This document shows, piece after piece, positions 1 to 10,179 of a stretch of 64,000 nucleotides of DNA (the first letter of the stretch is position 1; every line of letters begins with the position of its first letter). Made by a program: the position numbers and the translations under genes. Source of the stretch: Eukaryota sp. TZLM1-RC (taxonomy: Eukaryota; Protista; Metamonada: BaSk clade); the NCBI GenBank assembly GCA_040285825.1, contig JAUPSS010000003.1, forward strand, positions 3,534,001 through 3,598,000. The letters are read 5' to 3'. Under the pieces are notes generated by a model that was given only the letters and a program-made list of their open reading frames with translations, was not told the origin of the DNA and did no database searches.

Positions 1-210
1 CTGGGGACCAACATTTCAGAGTCAGAGATGTCCTTCTGAAAGCTGGCTGACTTTTCGCTGATACCTTGCTGATGGCTGTTAATGATGAATCATCTTAGCT
101 TTTGCTGTAGTTATGTGCGGTATACCTTTTGACTTTGTTGCCTCAGGTCGTGAAGTGAAGAAAAGTTGATTTATTTTCTATTCATAATATATCAACCTAA
201 CGGCGCCAAA
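1..210 (-). mobile_element. 5' end (LTR ~136-210 plus leader) of a family-B LTR retrotransposon, running off the window edge
   Basis: TGTTGCC...GGCGCCAA segment resembles the LTRs at 11814-11916, 39609-39690 and 48601-48698; it abuts a gypsy RNase H fragment. Confidence 0.5.
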
Positions 211-434
211 AAAGGACCTAAGGAGTATGCAATTCAGCATTCATGATAGCAACCGTGTAGTGCTCGGTTGGATTCCCGTTCTCCAATCATTCTCATTCGA
301 CTGCGTCCATGTAGATGGACCTAGTAATCATTGGGCCGATTACTTATCCCGTTTCCTGCTTACAGAAGTAAGTAAACCTGTAACGAAAAAGAAAAAAGAG
401 GAAGACCAGAACAGCTAACGCTAAAGTCAACTCC

Positions 435-965
435 ATGATCACCATCGAAGCCGGAAAGACTTCCTTTCATCAAGTTACTATTCCTTGTTACGTCCCTTTT
501 CCTGTTTCCGCTTCCTCCACAAACACTCACCGTCCCATGCTTTTCCGAGATACTTTTAGCGAATGTATTCCGGAATATTTAGCACGCCCTATCTTTGTCA
601 ATATATACCTTTACTATGATGATGGCAATGCGTGCCCTCATCATGTTGTGACATACCAATACAGTCACCAAAAAGTTGAAAGAAATTCAGTTCCAAAGCA
701 ATTATTGACTCCTGTTCCCCGTAATCATTACCCTTCCCCTAAACTTCACTCCTGTAACACTTGTCCAGACGTCGATAATATCCGCCGATTTCCCTTAGAT
801 GAATTCTCAACTGACAATCACATTTCATTAGATACCATTGCTTATAATTATAAATTAGCCTTTTACGACAGAAAACTCCAAGCCGTAGTTCTCCCAAGAC
901 GACTCCTAGATGGAACATATAGTAAAAAAATGTATTCTCTTATTCCATTCGAAGACCCTAATTAG
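435..965 (+). CDS. 176-aa ORF of unknown function between RNase H and integrase of the gypsy element (probably part of pol)
   Basis: ORF track and position only; no recognisable motif. Confidence 0.35.
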   Translation: MITIEAGKTSFHQVTIPCYVPFPVSASSTNTHRPMLFRDTFSECIPEYLARPIFVNIYLYYDDGNACPHHVVTYQYSHQKVERNSVPKQLLTPVPRNHYPSPKLHSCNTCPDVDNIRRFPLDEFSTDNHISLDTIAYNYKLAFYDRKLQAVVLPRRLLDGTYSKKMYSLIPFEDPN

Positions 966-1001
966 TCACCTTTTCCTGAATTAGCTTGTTCTGCAGTTAA
1001 T

Positions 1002-1895
1002 TTTTTTAACTGGAATATTTATTGAGATAAAAAAATTTATCTAGAATTCAATATCCTCCAAACAAGCGTCACTATTACTGAACCTACTCACAGCATTACG
1101 TTCATATTCTACACCAATAGCTAAAAGTGCCTTTGAAATCATTGTTGGAATAGACTTGAAAATGCAAAAAACAATTCTATTTAACCAGAAAGTGGAATTC
1201 ATTGTTGCACCAGACCTATTCAGTAACACTTTTTTGAAATTTTCAAAAAAGCGCAACCCTGAAGGTCCAATATTGCCAAAAAGAGAAATTGCAAACGGCA
1301 CAAAGTGATATTTCACATGCTCCACTCTACCTAACTGTGCCAAAAGCTCTTCATATTTTTTTATCTTCTTTTTTTCGGCGTTAGATAACGACGAATCAGC
1401 GTAATACACTAAACGAGCAGCAGAATTTTTGCAAACATCAACTGAGACAACATCTACAACATTGAGAACACCATCGATCCCTGGAGCTACTAAATCTGCC
1501 CTTCTTTTACCAAAGGAATCATCAGTTTGATCTGAAGACAGCTTACGTACTAATGGCTCAATAAATGCCTCTATATTGAAACTTTTGCACATGGCATATA
1601 ATTGATCACGAACTGAGTCATGAACAATTGAGCGATAAGTTATAAAATACTTACAGTTTAAAATATGGGAAAGCGTAACAACACTCTTGCAGCGACAGAT
1701 TAAATCATTTGGTAAAGAACAAGGCCATAGAAAACATCTCATTGTCATTGCAGTGGTCCATTGGTGATCATTAAGTAGAAGGCCATAAATGTTGGGAATT
1801 TGGGAGATTAGGCAACTTCAGCAACTGTCTTCAAGATCAATCAAAAAGTTTGCAAAAACGGGATTTTTTTTTTAGCCAAGCTAAGACGTACAATA
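1002..1895 (-). mobile_element. 5'-truncated CRE-like (RLE) non-LTR retrotransposon insertion, family A
   Basis: Short T tract at the left end (poly-A on -); 9-bp TSD GCAGTTAAT at 993-1001 and 1896-1904; near-identical to 40373-41268. Confidence 0.9.
1041..1748 (-). pseudogene. C-terminal CCHC zinc finger and restriction-like endonuclease of the non-LTR element
   Basis: CRC..HILNC, RSIVHD, EP, RRADLV..VVDV, AEKKKIKKYE, FVPFAISLFG motifs. Confidence 0.85.
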
Positions 1896-2280
1896 GCAGT
1901 TAATGTAACCACAAGATCTCAAGTTTCTGGTGATCAAACATCCAAGGTGAGCAGACATCCAAGAGGTTAACCCTGAACCCCTGACTACTGAGTCTACTTC
2001 TGATATTATTTCATCCAATACTCCTCATTCTCCAGCCGGAACTTTCCTTAAGAAAATCTTCCTGGAAACACAAAAACTAGCAAATAATGATGAACTGTTT
2101 TCTGAAAGTATAATTAATGACCACACTGGCCTTAAACTAACTAAGTTCAAGAAGATCATCATCCCTCCAACGCTAGTCCCTGAAATGTTGAACCATCTTC
2201 ACGGTTCTACTGAAGCTGGACACGCTTCCCTTTGATCCGCCTGGAAATCTCTAAAGAACTCAGATTTCTACTGGCCTGCT

Positions 2281-2709
2281 ATGAAAAATAAACTAGAAGA
2301 ACACATCCGTTGTTGTATATCCTGCCAAAAGAACGCAAACGTTCCCAAGATTCAGATCTCCGCCTCTGGGCTTCTTTCGCAATCCCGACGCCCCTTTGAA
2401 TACCTACATTGCGATACAATCGGTTTTTCCCAGTCAGATTTTAACCGAAACAAACATGCCTTACACCTTGTCGACGCCTTCACAAAGTTTAGTATTCTAG
2501 TTCCCGTTTCTGATATCAAAGCTATAACCGTAGCTAACTCAATATTGACCCATGTTTACTCCATATTTGGCGCACCTAGAGCTATCCATTCCGACAATGG
2601 TACTGAATTCAGTAACGCTGTTTTCGACTCACTATGCCAATTCCTGAACATCTCGCATTCGACTTCTATTTTCCACTTTCATCGATCCAACGGCCTTGTT
2701 GAGAAATAA
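2281..2709 (+). pseudogene. Gypsy integrase core fragment
   Basis: YWP..CISCQK, HCDTIG, VDAFTK, HSDNGTEF, SNGLVE; flanked by stops. Confidence 0.9.
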
Positions 2710-2987
2710 CACCGCATCATCCTGCAAAACCTTCGAAAGATTTTATTTGATTTTATAGACTACCACAACTGGTCTGATTACCTCCCTTTCTGTCAGATGA
2801 TTGCTAACAGCAATTTCAAAAGATCTCTGAATGCTTCTCCATACGAACTCATGTTCGGATCCGACATCTCTCCCCGCCTGTTGCCCTTAGATGTTATGAA
2901 ATTTCTAGAGCCTGATTACATATCCTTCCTTTCTACTTTGTCCTTAACGATTAAGGAGAAGTGGAATTCCGTCCCGATCAACACTAG

Positions 2988-3175
2988 CTTTCCTCAACTA
3001 AAAAATCAGCAGAGTTGAAATTCCATGATGATCGTCTGAACTCACTTGCTCATCATCCCACGGTTCACTTCCATCTCTGTCAGGTTTTCCGTCAGCTGCA
3101 GGATGGCCATCCGCATCTGTTGGGATGTTAATCCTGATTTTTTTGTTTCTGCTTTTCTTAACAAGTTTTCTCAAA
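2988..3175 (+). pseudogene. Inverted, diverged copy of the 5' coding part of the TALE homeobox gene, lying inside the gypsy element
   Basis: Reverse complement of 4560-4746 with a few substitutions and an indel; sits between integrase and PPT/LTR. Confidence 0.9.
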
Positions 3176-3257
3176 TTTAAACTCTCAAAGTTAAAGTCCC
3201 ACAAGACGTTACGTAACATCTTTGTATAATTTTAATTATGAAAACGGAAGAAGGTAC

Positions 3258-3381
3258 TGTAGGTATCTCACTAGTGAATTCCTTAATGTTGTATAGGTTT
3301 AAATAAAATTACCTTTATCCTAATCCCCTTTACACAACCCATTTGCTAACATACAGCTAGCAGATATGCCTTCCAACAACA
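3258..3381 (+). repeat. LTR (family C)
   Basis: TG start directly after the PPT; similar to 29708-29834 and 62770-62899; right end approximate. Confidence 0.7.
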
Positions 3382-3482
3382 ATGTTATAAAAAACAGCAC
3401 ATAACCGTTAATAGCTTGATTGTACTCGTAACTGTTTATTTTTTATTGTTTTTAAATCATTATGAATCTTGTTTGATATAAC

Positions 3483-3956
3483 ATGATATTTGATCAGAAC
3501 ACTAATGATGATGTGATAAGAACAATGGTTTTGAGGGTGTTTGAAATGGGATTTGTGTCAATGGATGTAAGAATGAACCAACTGAATGAACTGGAATCAA
3601 CTGGAGTAAGTAGATTTAGTTTTTTGTGTCAACTTAACCAAAATCCTACAAATCCCTACAGAATGACTATCCACCCCTTAAGCTATATCGAAGACAACCG
3701 GAAACGCTTCGTCACGCTCTCCAAACGACGAACAACTTTAGTTAAACAATGCCATGAACTTTCCAGTGGTGAGAATCTGGGAAAGAATCATGTTCTTCTG
3801 GTCTCGGTCACAGAAGCTGGAAATGTCAGCATTTATGCCTCACAGTCATTACTTAATGTTGCGCGCTCAGATTCCTTCAAACAGTTGGTTTTGGCCTCTC
3901 TCCAGCTTGAGGGAAGTTCTCCAAACTTGACTTTTCAAGTGACTCAGGTGGACTAG
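3483..3956 (+). CDS. MADS-box transcription factor, SRF/Mcm1-like (true start may be ATG 3663)
   Basis: YIEDNRKRFVTLSKRRTTLVKQCHELS...HVLLVSVTEAGNVSIYASQSL matches the SRF-type MADS pattern (I.....R.TFSKRK.G..KKA.ELS....VLLLV.SETG.V..FAT..L). Confidence 0.8.
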   Translation: MIFDQNTNDDVIRTMVLRVFEMGFVSMDVRMNQLNELESTGVSRFSFLCQLNQNPTNPYRMTIHPLSYIEDNRKRFVTLSKRRTTLVKQCHELSSGENLGKNHVLLVSVTEAGNVSIYASQSLLNVARSDSFKQLVLASLQLEGSSPNLTFQVTQVD

Positions 3957-4113
3957 TAAAAGATATTTGTCCTCCAGAGCATCCTTTTAATTTCTAATGC
4001 ACGTTATAAGGTGAATCATTCAACTATAGATTTGTATTCAGATTATGTATTATATTTTGTAATCAAACTGGACAATATGAATAAAATTTCAAAAATACTG
4101 TTTATAAGAAAAT

Positions 4114-4827
4114 TTACAGATGTAAGGGAACACGTGTAGAAATCTTTGAACGCCTCCGTTTGTTTCCAAACCATGTGTTTACTTGCTGCATGGTGACACC
4201 ATGACGAACAAACTCCCTTTTTTCCTCCTCAGTGGGATAGGGATAATCAACGTGTTGATTATACCATTCTGTCATGAGATTAACTGCTTGTAGGGGCAAA
4301 CATCGCCGAGTTCTTCTTCCGCTAACAGGAGCTAAGTGACTTACAGCTGAGGAGAAGAATTGTGCTCTTGCTGCTGATGCGTTTTCCTGAACACTGGAGA
4401 TGAGTGTATTACGATGAGATGTCGGCATGTTCTTCTGATCAACACGTTCAATGAAACGGCTGACCTCATCATCGATCTGTTGGCTGAAACTAGTGACGCG
4501 ATCACGGAGCAAAACCACAGAATGAAGAAAAGAATCAAGGGTTTCATCAGTTGAATAACTTTGAGAAAACTTGCTAAGAAAAGCAGAAACAAAAACATCA
4601 GGATTAACACCCAACAGATGCGGATGGCGATCCTGCAGCTGACGGAAAACCTGACAGAGATGGAAGTGGACCGTGGGATGATGAGCAAGTGAGTTCAGAC
4701 GATCATCATGGAATTTCAACTGTGCTGATGTTTCAGTTGAGGAAAGTGAGCCACGTAAAGGTAGTGTCATAGATAACAAAAGAATATATCCAGATTGGTT
4801 CGATTTTTCAAAAACTGGAACACACAT
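4114..4827 (-). CDS. TALE-class homeodomain transcription factor, PBX/PBC-like (alternative start ATG 4770)
   Basis: RRTRRCLP..AVNLMTEWYNQHVDYPYPTEEEK..GVTMQQVNTWFGNKRRRSK has the TALE PYP loop and PBX-type WFGNKR. N-terminal LAHHP and DETLDSFL resemble MEINOX/KNOX1-2 motifs. Confidence 0.92.
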   Translation of the reverse strand: MCVPVFEKSNQSGYILLLSMTLPLRGSLSSTETSAQLKFHDDRLNSLAHHPTVHFHLCQVFRQLQDRHPHLLGVNPDVFVSAFLSKFSQSYSTDETLDSFLHSVVLLRDRVTSFSQQIDDEVSRFIERVDQKNMPTSHRNTLISSVQENASAARAQFFSSAVSHLAPVSGRRTRRCLPLQAVNLMTEWYNQHVDYPYPTEEEKREFVRHGVTMQQVNTWFGNKRRRSKISTRVPLHL

Positions 4828-4829
4828 GG

Positions 4830-5400
4830 AAACTCACATTATATGCCCACATTTGTGAAATACATAGATCTGTTAAAATGTGATCATCATCGAGTTCCTA
4901 TAGAACCACTATTTGATGAATTGAATTACAGTCTGAGCCAAAAACGAGGTGACATTCAATGTGTTGTTAGCCTTGGATTGCTTTATACATTGTTTATTAG
5001 TTATTTGTATTATACTATAGTTTATTGTGTAATTGCCTAGCGCTTAAGCCGAAGGAAACATATTTGCCTTTGTAATATTTCCTTTTACATTTACTTTACT
5101 TTGGTATGAACCCTCATTTACAGATCATCAGTGTGGGGTATGATGGAACTGAACTAATTATGAATTGTAACAGTGTATCTTCGTGGAAAAGGACTCCAAT
5201 TCTGAGATTCACCATTTACTGAAAGTTGCAGAACTTTATAATAAATCAAAACACGAAGTTCTTCTTCAACGTCTCAATTGAGTAAGATGCAGAAACATCA
5301 AATTTGTTCCACTTGCAATTTCAATTTTTAATATTATTGGAAGTGAATGTTTAAACTTTGTAAATGATTTGACTTTGTTAGATGATTGAAATAACTTCTC
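4830..5400 (+). pseudogene. Old RLE non-LTR relic interrupted by a solo LTR
   Basis: With the LTR removed it reads IEP..RGDIQCV|GYDGTELIM and later KFVPLAISIF, matching the RLE motifs of the other elements. Confidence 0.6.
4965..5130 (+). repeat. Solo LTR with TSD GTGT (copies at 16039-16206 and 20261-20427)
   Basis: TGTTAGCCTTG...CAGATCATCA flanked by GTGT on both sides; related to LTRs 33754-33906 and 49223-49380. Confidence 0.85.
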
Positions 5401-5977
5401 AAAGCAATTGTTGTACATTTGATTTTTCTCATTTGGAAGATCAAAGTTGCATTTCCGTTAATGAAAGCTCTTTTTGTTATATTAACTCTATTTTGAATAA
5501 TATTACGGAGTTTCTTAATAAGCGAGTTGCTGTTCAAGTAAATAGCGAAAATCTCCCGCATTTCAATTGATGGGGTTTTAGTAGGTAAAAGTATTAGCTC
5601 AGATCTTTAGTTGAGTTCTAAAATGTGACTGTTCCAGGAATTTTTAATATGCCCACATTGTTCAATCTATTGATCGAAGCATTCAGATTATATTGATTAA
5701 ACTTGCACACTTAACAAAATAAGCTGGTAACTAATGGGACGAAATTCATTGATCCAAGATTTCCTCTACAAAATCCTGATCTGCTTGATGTCTAGCTAAA
5801 GCTTCTTCTATTCGATTGAAAAATGGAGACAATCTATTAACAATGGCAAATTAAATTTGAGAGCGCCATAAAAAGATATCAAATCTTTTCATTGTTTTTT
5901 CTTGAACCATTTTTTGGAAATCATTCAAAAAAGGTTTTGCTTCTACTGATAGTCTTCCGTTATAGAAAATGGGGAAG

Positions 5978-8900
5978 TGATGGTCTATGCTCGTTAGATT
6001 GCGACATACAATGTAAAAGTAATGAAATTTATTACAAAGAGGAATTGTATTCTCTCTTCTTATACTATAAGGCGGATACTAAATAAACTAAACTATTAGC
6101 TATAAATACTATTCAAGACTAACACTGCCTTTTCGTCTCTTTCGAGCGACCAGCCCTAGAAGCTCTAGTCACAGGAGGTGAGGTACTAATATTGGAACGC
6201 TTCTTGGGGGGAGCGGATTTAGTACGGTTACGTGCTTTCGAAGTCTTGATGAAGTCTTTATACGCGGCGGTATTTTGGACTGTAGATACGTGTTCGGTGG
6301 TGATCTCTCTTCCAGGCCATTGCACTTGGCAAAAGTCACCGTCTTGACTGAGCACCTTTTCAATGATGTGTTCTTCAACGTCACCTGCAGCAACCCATGA
6401 GTGGAATTCATCGCTGGCGGGCAGATTTGAATGCCATGGTGCTAAATGCTTGACGCTAGCTTGGATGGTTGTACCAGTGCAGAGGTTCTTAATATTCACA
6501 GACAAATTAGATACAATTTCGGTTATTAGGAAGGGTCCTAAATAATCTTCATGAAGCTTAGCGGAAGAGCCAGATGCTCTCAATACCAATTGACCAACTT
6601 CAAAAGGGTTTGGAGTCGTAGATCTTGTTAGCTTGGAAGCTTTGGAAGCTTGATGGTGTGCTGCCTTTTCCTGTTTTTCTTTCAACCTTCGAAATTTAGA
6701 TTGAATTTCTTGAATAAAAGATGACTCAGACATCGAGCTTTCAATGATTTCAAGAATTTTACCAGGGTCAGATCTAAGAGACACATCAGATCCAAAGATC
6801 ACTTGGTATGGGGTGTGGGTTGTTATCGAACTCTTGAAAGAGTTGATTAATAATTGCACATAAGGCAAAAATTCAGACCACACGTCGTAGGCGTTGAAGT
6901 CTACGAGCAATTTCCTCAGGTTTTGCAGGATGTTTCTGTGTCGGCGCTCTACCAAGCCGTTGTACTGAAAAACCTAGGAATTGACTTTGACATCTCAATG
7001 CCTAAAAATTTGCTTAGTTCGTCAAAGACAGCCTTGGAAAATTCGGGTCCATTATCGCTGTGGATTTGAAATGGAATACCAAAGATGGCACAGACTTTCC
7101 AGATTAATGCATCTGCAGTAAGATTGGCATTTATCTCTTTTAAAGGCACGATGATCGTGAACCTAGAGAAGCTGTCAATAAATACGAGGATGTATTTGTA
7201 GCCTTCTTGATTTTCTGGGAGAAGACCAATAACGTCGGCGTTGACGCGAGCAAAAGGTCTGTCAACCCACAATGAACCGGTTGGGGGAACATGCAGTTTG
7301 AGAACTGGCTTAGTTTTCTGACAGGAGGGGCATTCTTGGACGTGCTTATTCATGTCAGTGAGCATGTTTGGCCACCAATAATCACTGTTTCTGAGTTTGT
7401 TCAGACTTTCAGCTTTGCTTGAATGGCCTCCTTGCAGAAGTCCGTGCAACAAGTTAAGGGTGTCCTTAATGAGTGATTTGGGAATCACGATCTTGTTGTT
7501 GTGAGTCATATTTAAATCAAGATTATTATTGAGCACACAGTTGTTGAACGAGGGGTCTTTGGAAGCTATAGCAAGCTTCTGTTCGGACCTTATCCTACAG
7601 AACAATGGCTCGAAAATAGGCAGGTCGTTGGAACATCGTTCTCTGATGACCATGATAAGTTCAAAGTTGTTTAAGTCTTCGATGCAGTATCTTTCATTTT
7701 CTGTTCCATCAATTTTGTCAATGTAAAATATTGGATGAAAATTTGGAATCATTTGATGGGACAAATGATTGATCTCTTGATGGTCTATAGGCGGAACTAT
7801 TCGAGACAACATATCAGCCCAGAAGTTGTCTTCCCCTTTGGTATGTACCAAATCAAAGCAGAATTCAGAGAATATGGGTAACCACCTGGTTACAATTCTG
7901 TTCTTCTCAGGAGCCATGAACATGTAGGTAAGGTTTTGATAGTCTGTGAAAATGACCAGTTTCCTTCCTTTCAAGTAGTTTTCAAAACCACTTTGAGTCA
8001 ACATAAGCAGGATAGCATAGAGTTCCTTTTGGTTTGTCGGCCAATTCTTTTGCGAGTTGGTTAACAACCAGCTGAAGAAGCTGATGGGCCTACATTTCCT
8101 GTTGATCAGGGGAGTACCGGGGTCGTCGACTTGTTCGATTTGTTCCCATATGACGCCGCCTACAGCAATGTCGGATGCATCGCAACTTATTAAAATTTGG
8201 TTTTCCAGAGGAGGCAAGTTAAGCGGCATGTGCTTCGCTATCAGTTGTTTGATCTTTTGAAGAAGCCGGTCGTGCGTGTCAGTCCATTGTAGGCGTTGCG
8301 CGAGGGGTTTGGGTTTAACGTTGAAGTTATTTCCGTCCTTCTTGGTCAATCTGATGATAGGAGCAATGAGCTCAGATACCTGAGGAAGCCATTCTCTAAT
8401 GAAGTTGACTGATCCTACAAGCCTGCGGACGTCTTTGATTGTCTTTGGTCTAGGTAGATTCAACAAGGATTCAACACGAGTGGGATCGATAGTGCGTTGT
8501 TTGTTTTGGAAAACACTGCCCAGTATCTTGATCGGGTGTCTGGAAGACACATAATGGCACTTTGGAAGTCCCAAGGAAACTCTTTTGCATCTAGCATGGT
8601 TGAGGACGCGTCGGAGGCGCTCGATGAATTCGTCAAAGGTTGAACCAATGATTATGATGTCATCTATGTAGATGAATACACCGTCTCCAGGGAAGATGTC
8701 AGCCATGACGTTTTGGAAAACGGCTGGGACATTCTTGAGGCCAAAAACTGCACGTTTGAACATGATACTTTTGCCAGGAATGCTCAGGGCTGTTTTTTGC
8801 CAATCCTTTTCAGCATTCTTTAGTTGGCAAAAGGCTTTGGGAAGGTCAAGGGTGCCTATGTAATTCGCTTGGGAGAGAAATACCAGCACATCGGAGATCC

Positions 8901-9725
8901 TTGGAAGGTTGGGCTCAACAGGAATGGTGTTGGCGTTGACTCCGTCCTTGCCACTATAGTCACCAGTAAGGCGGGGCTTACGATGATCTGGGTAGACCTC
9001 TAGACATACAAGTGAGCTGAACTCATGGTTCGATTGAACAGCAAATCCTGAGTCTACGAGTTCATCGAAAATTTGGTTAGCGATTTTTAGCCTGGCTGGA
9101 TTCAGAGTCCTGGGGGGTCTTCTAACTCTGACGTCTTCATTGTAGAAGTTGATTTCCATAGGAAGACAATCAATACCATCATCATGCGGCTTCAGGGTAT
9201 ATACGTCTTCGAACTCTTTCAACTTCTGTTGCATTGGGATTGTTCCTATTAGAGACAGACTCCTCAGGATCTGGTCCTCTCCTTTCCATTACTCATACGA
9301 TGGACACACCCTCGGCGAATTCTTCAGTGTTTTCCAAATTGAATACGAGAATTTTTGTAACACCAGATCGTTCATGGAACAGGTGAACCATGTCGATTTC
9401 ACCTATCAGAACCAAATAACTCACCAGCAGGCCTCTCGCCGACCTCCTACGGTCGTTCCCTCCCCACCTGACATTCCCAGACCACGAGGTTCCTGTCCAG
9501 GTAAACGCCCTAAACAAAGTAAGAGAGGAGGAAGCCGACCACAATCGTCTTTCCAGGCCGCTGATGTCCAATACGTATTGATGGTCTATGCTCGTTAGAT
9601 TGCGACATACAATGTAAAAGTAATGAAATTTATTACGAAGAGGAATTGTATTCTCTCTTCTTATACTATAAGGCGGATACTAAATAAACTAAACTATTAG
9701 CTATAAATACTATTCAAGACTAACA
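5978..9725 (-). mobile_element. Ty3/gypsy (chromovirus-like) element 1 with both LTRs, lacking protease and most of gag
   Basis: 147-bp LTRs 5978-6124 and 9579-9725 (one difference seen); TSD GAAG; PPT adjacent to 6124; pol 6119-9234. Confidence 0.95.
6119..9234 (-). pseudogene. pol: pol: RT, RNase H, integrase, chromodomain-like (frameshift near 6955)
   Basis: LDLPKAF, FGLKN, YIDD; CDASD, QKELYA, WADMLSR; HHCC, HSDNGPEF, GPF; IEKVLSQ..QVQW. Confidence 0.93.
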
Positions 9726-9761
9726 GAAGCAATAAAAACAAGAGATCTATTACTATCAGCA

Positions 9762-10178
9762 TTAGCTTCTTCGATAACTTTGTTCATATTTTCTATGTTT
9801 TTCTTGGGCCTTACATTCGAGAGCATTTACAGGATTAAGTTTTCTTCTTTGAACCAAACTGTCATTTGCAACATTACCTAAGACAAAGTCAACAACAGCT
9901 TCAGAGTTCCCAATCCAATCACAGCATATATCACATTTATCATCAGAGCCAAAATTATTCAATGACAATGTTTCCTTCAGCTGAGGCTCTTTGATACACG
10001 AAATTTTTGCAGTTCGAGCCATATTGAAAACAGTGTCTCTAACAGCAACATGTAATGAGGAACGATATGTTATCAATTTAGAACAACTCAGAGCATGGCG
10101 CAAAGTGAGCTGAGGTGAATTCGAACAAATACATTTTTCTTTTACAAGGTTTGTATTGACCTCTAAAACGATCTCCAC
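9762..10178 (-). pseudogene. RLE non-LTR fragment (third subfamily)
   Basis: CIC..HALSC..YRSSLH.AVRD, KEP, D..D, KAQEKHRKYE. Confidence 0.75.
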
Positions 10179-10179
10179 G

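Larger units (their letters stand above)
211..3381 (+). mobile_element. 3' half of a degenerate Ty3/gypsy LTR retrotransposon (RNase H end, integrase, PPT, 3' LTR ~3258-3381)
   Basis: 227-418 has the RNase H end (HVDGPSNHWADYLSR). Integrase HHCC and DDE motifs at 2200-2709. Purine tract AAAACGGAAGAAGG precedes TGTAGGTATCTCACTAGTGA, an LTR start shared with 29708 and 62770. Confidence 0.85.

Noticed and set aside
5892-6086. 64-aa ORF repeated at 16980 and 21189
   Set aside because: Non-ATG start, runs antisense into an LTR, and is identical only because of the duplication.
7529-8863. Short plus-strand ORFs opposite pol (also at 13.8-24.3 kb)
   Set aside because: Antisense shadows of pol with no independent motifs.
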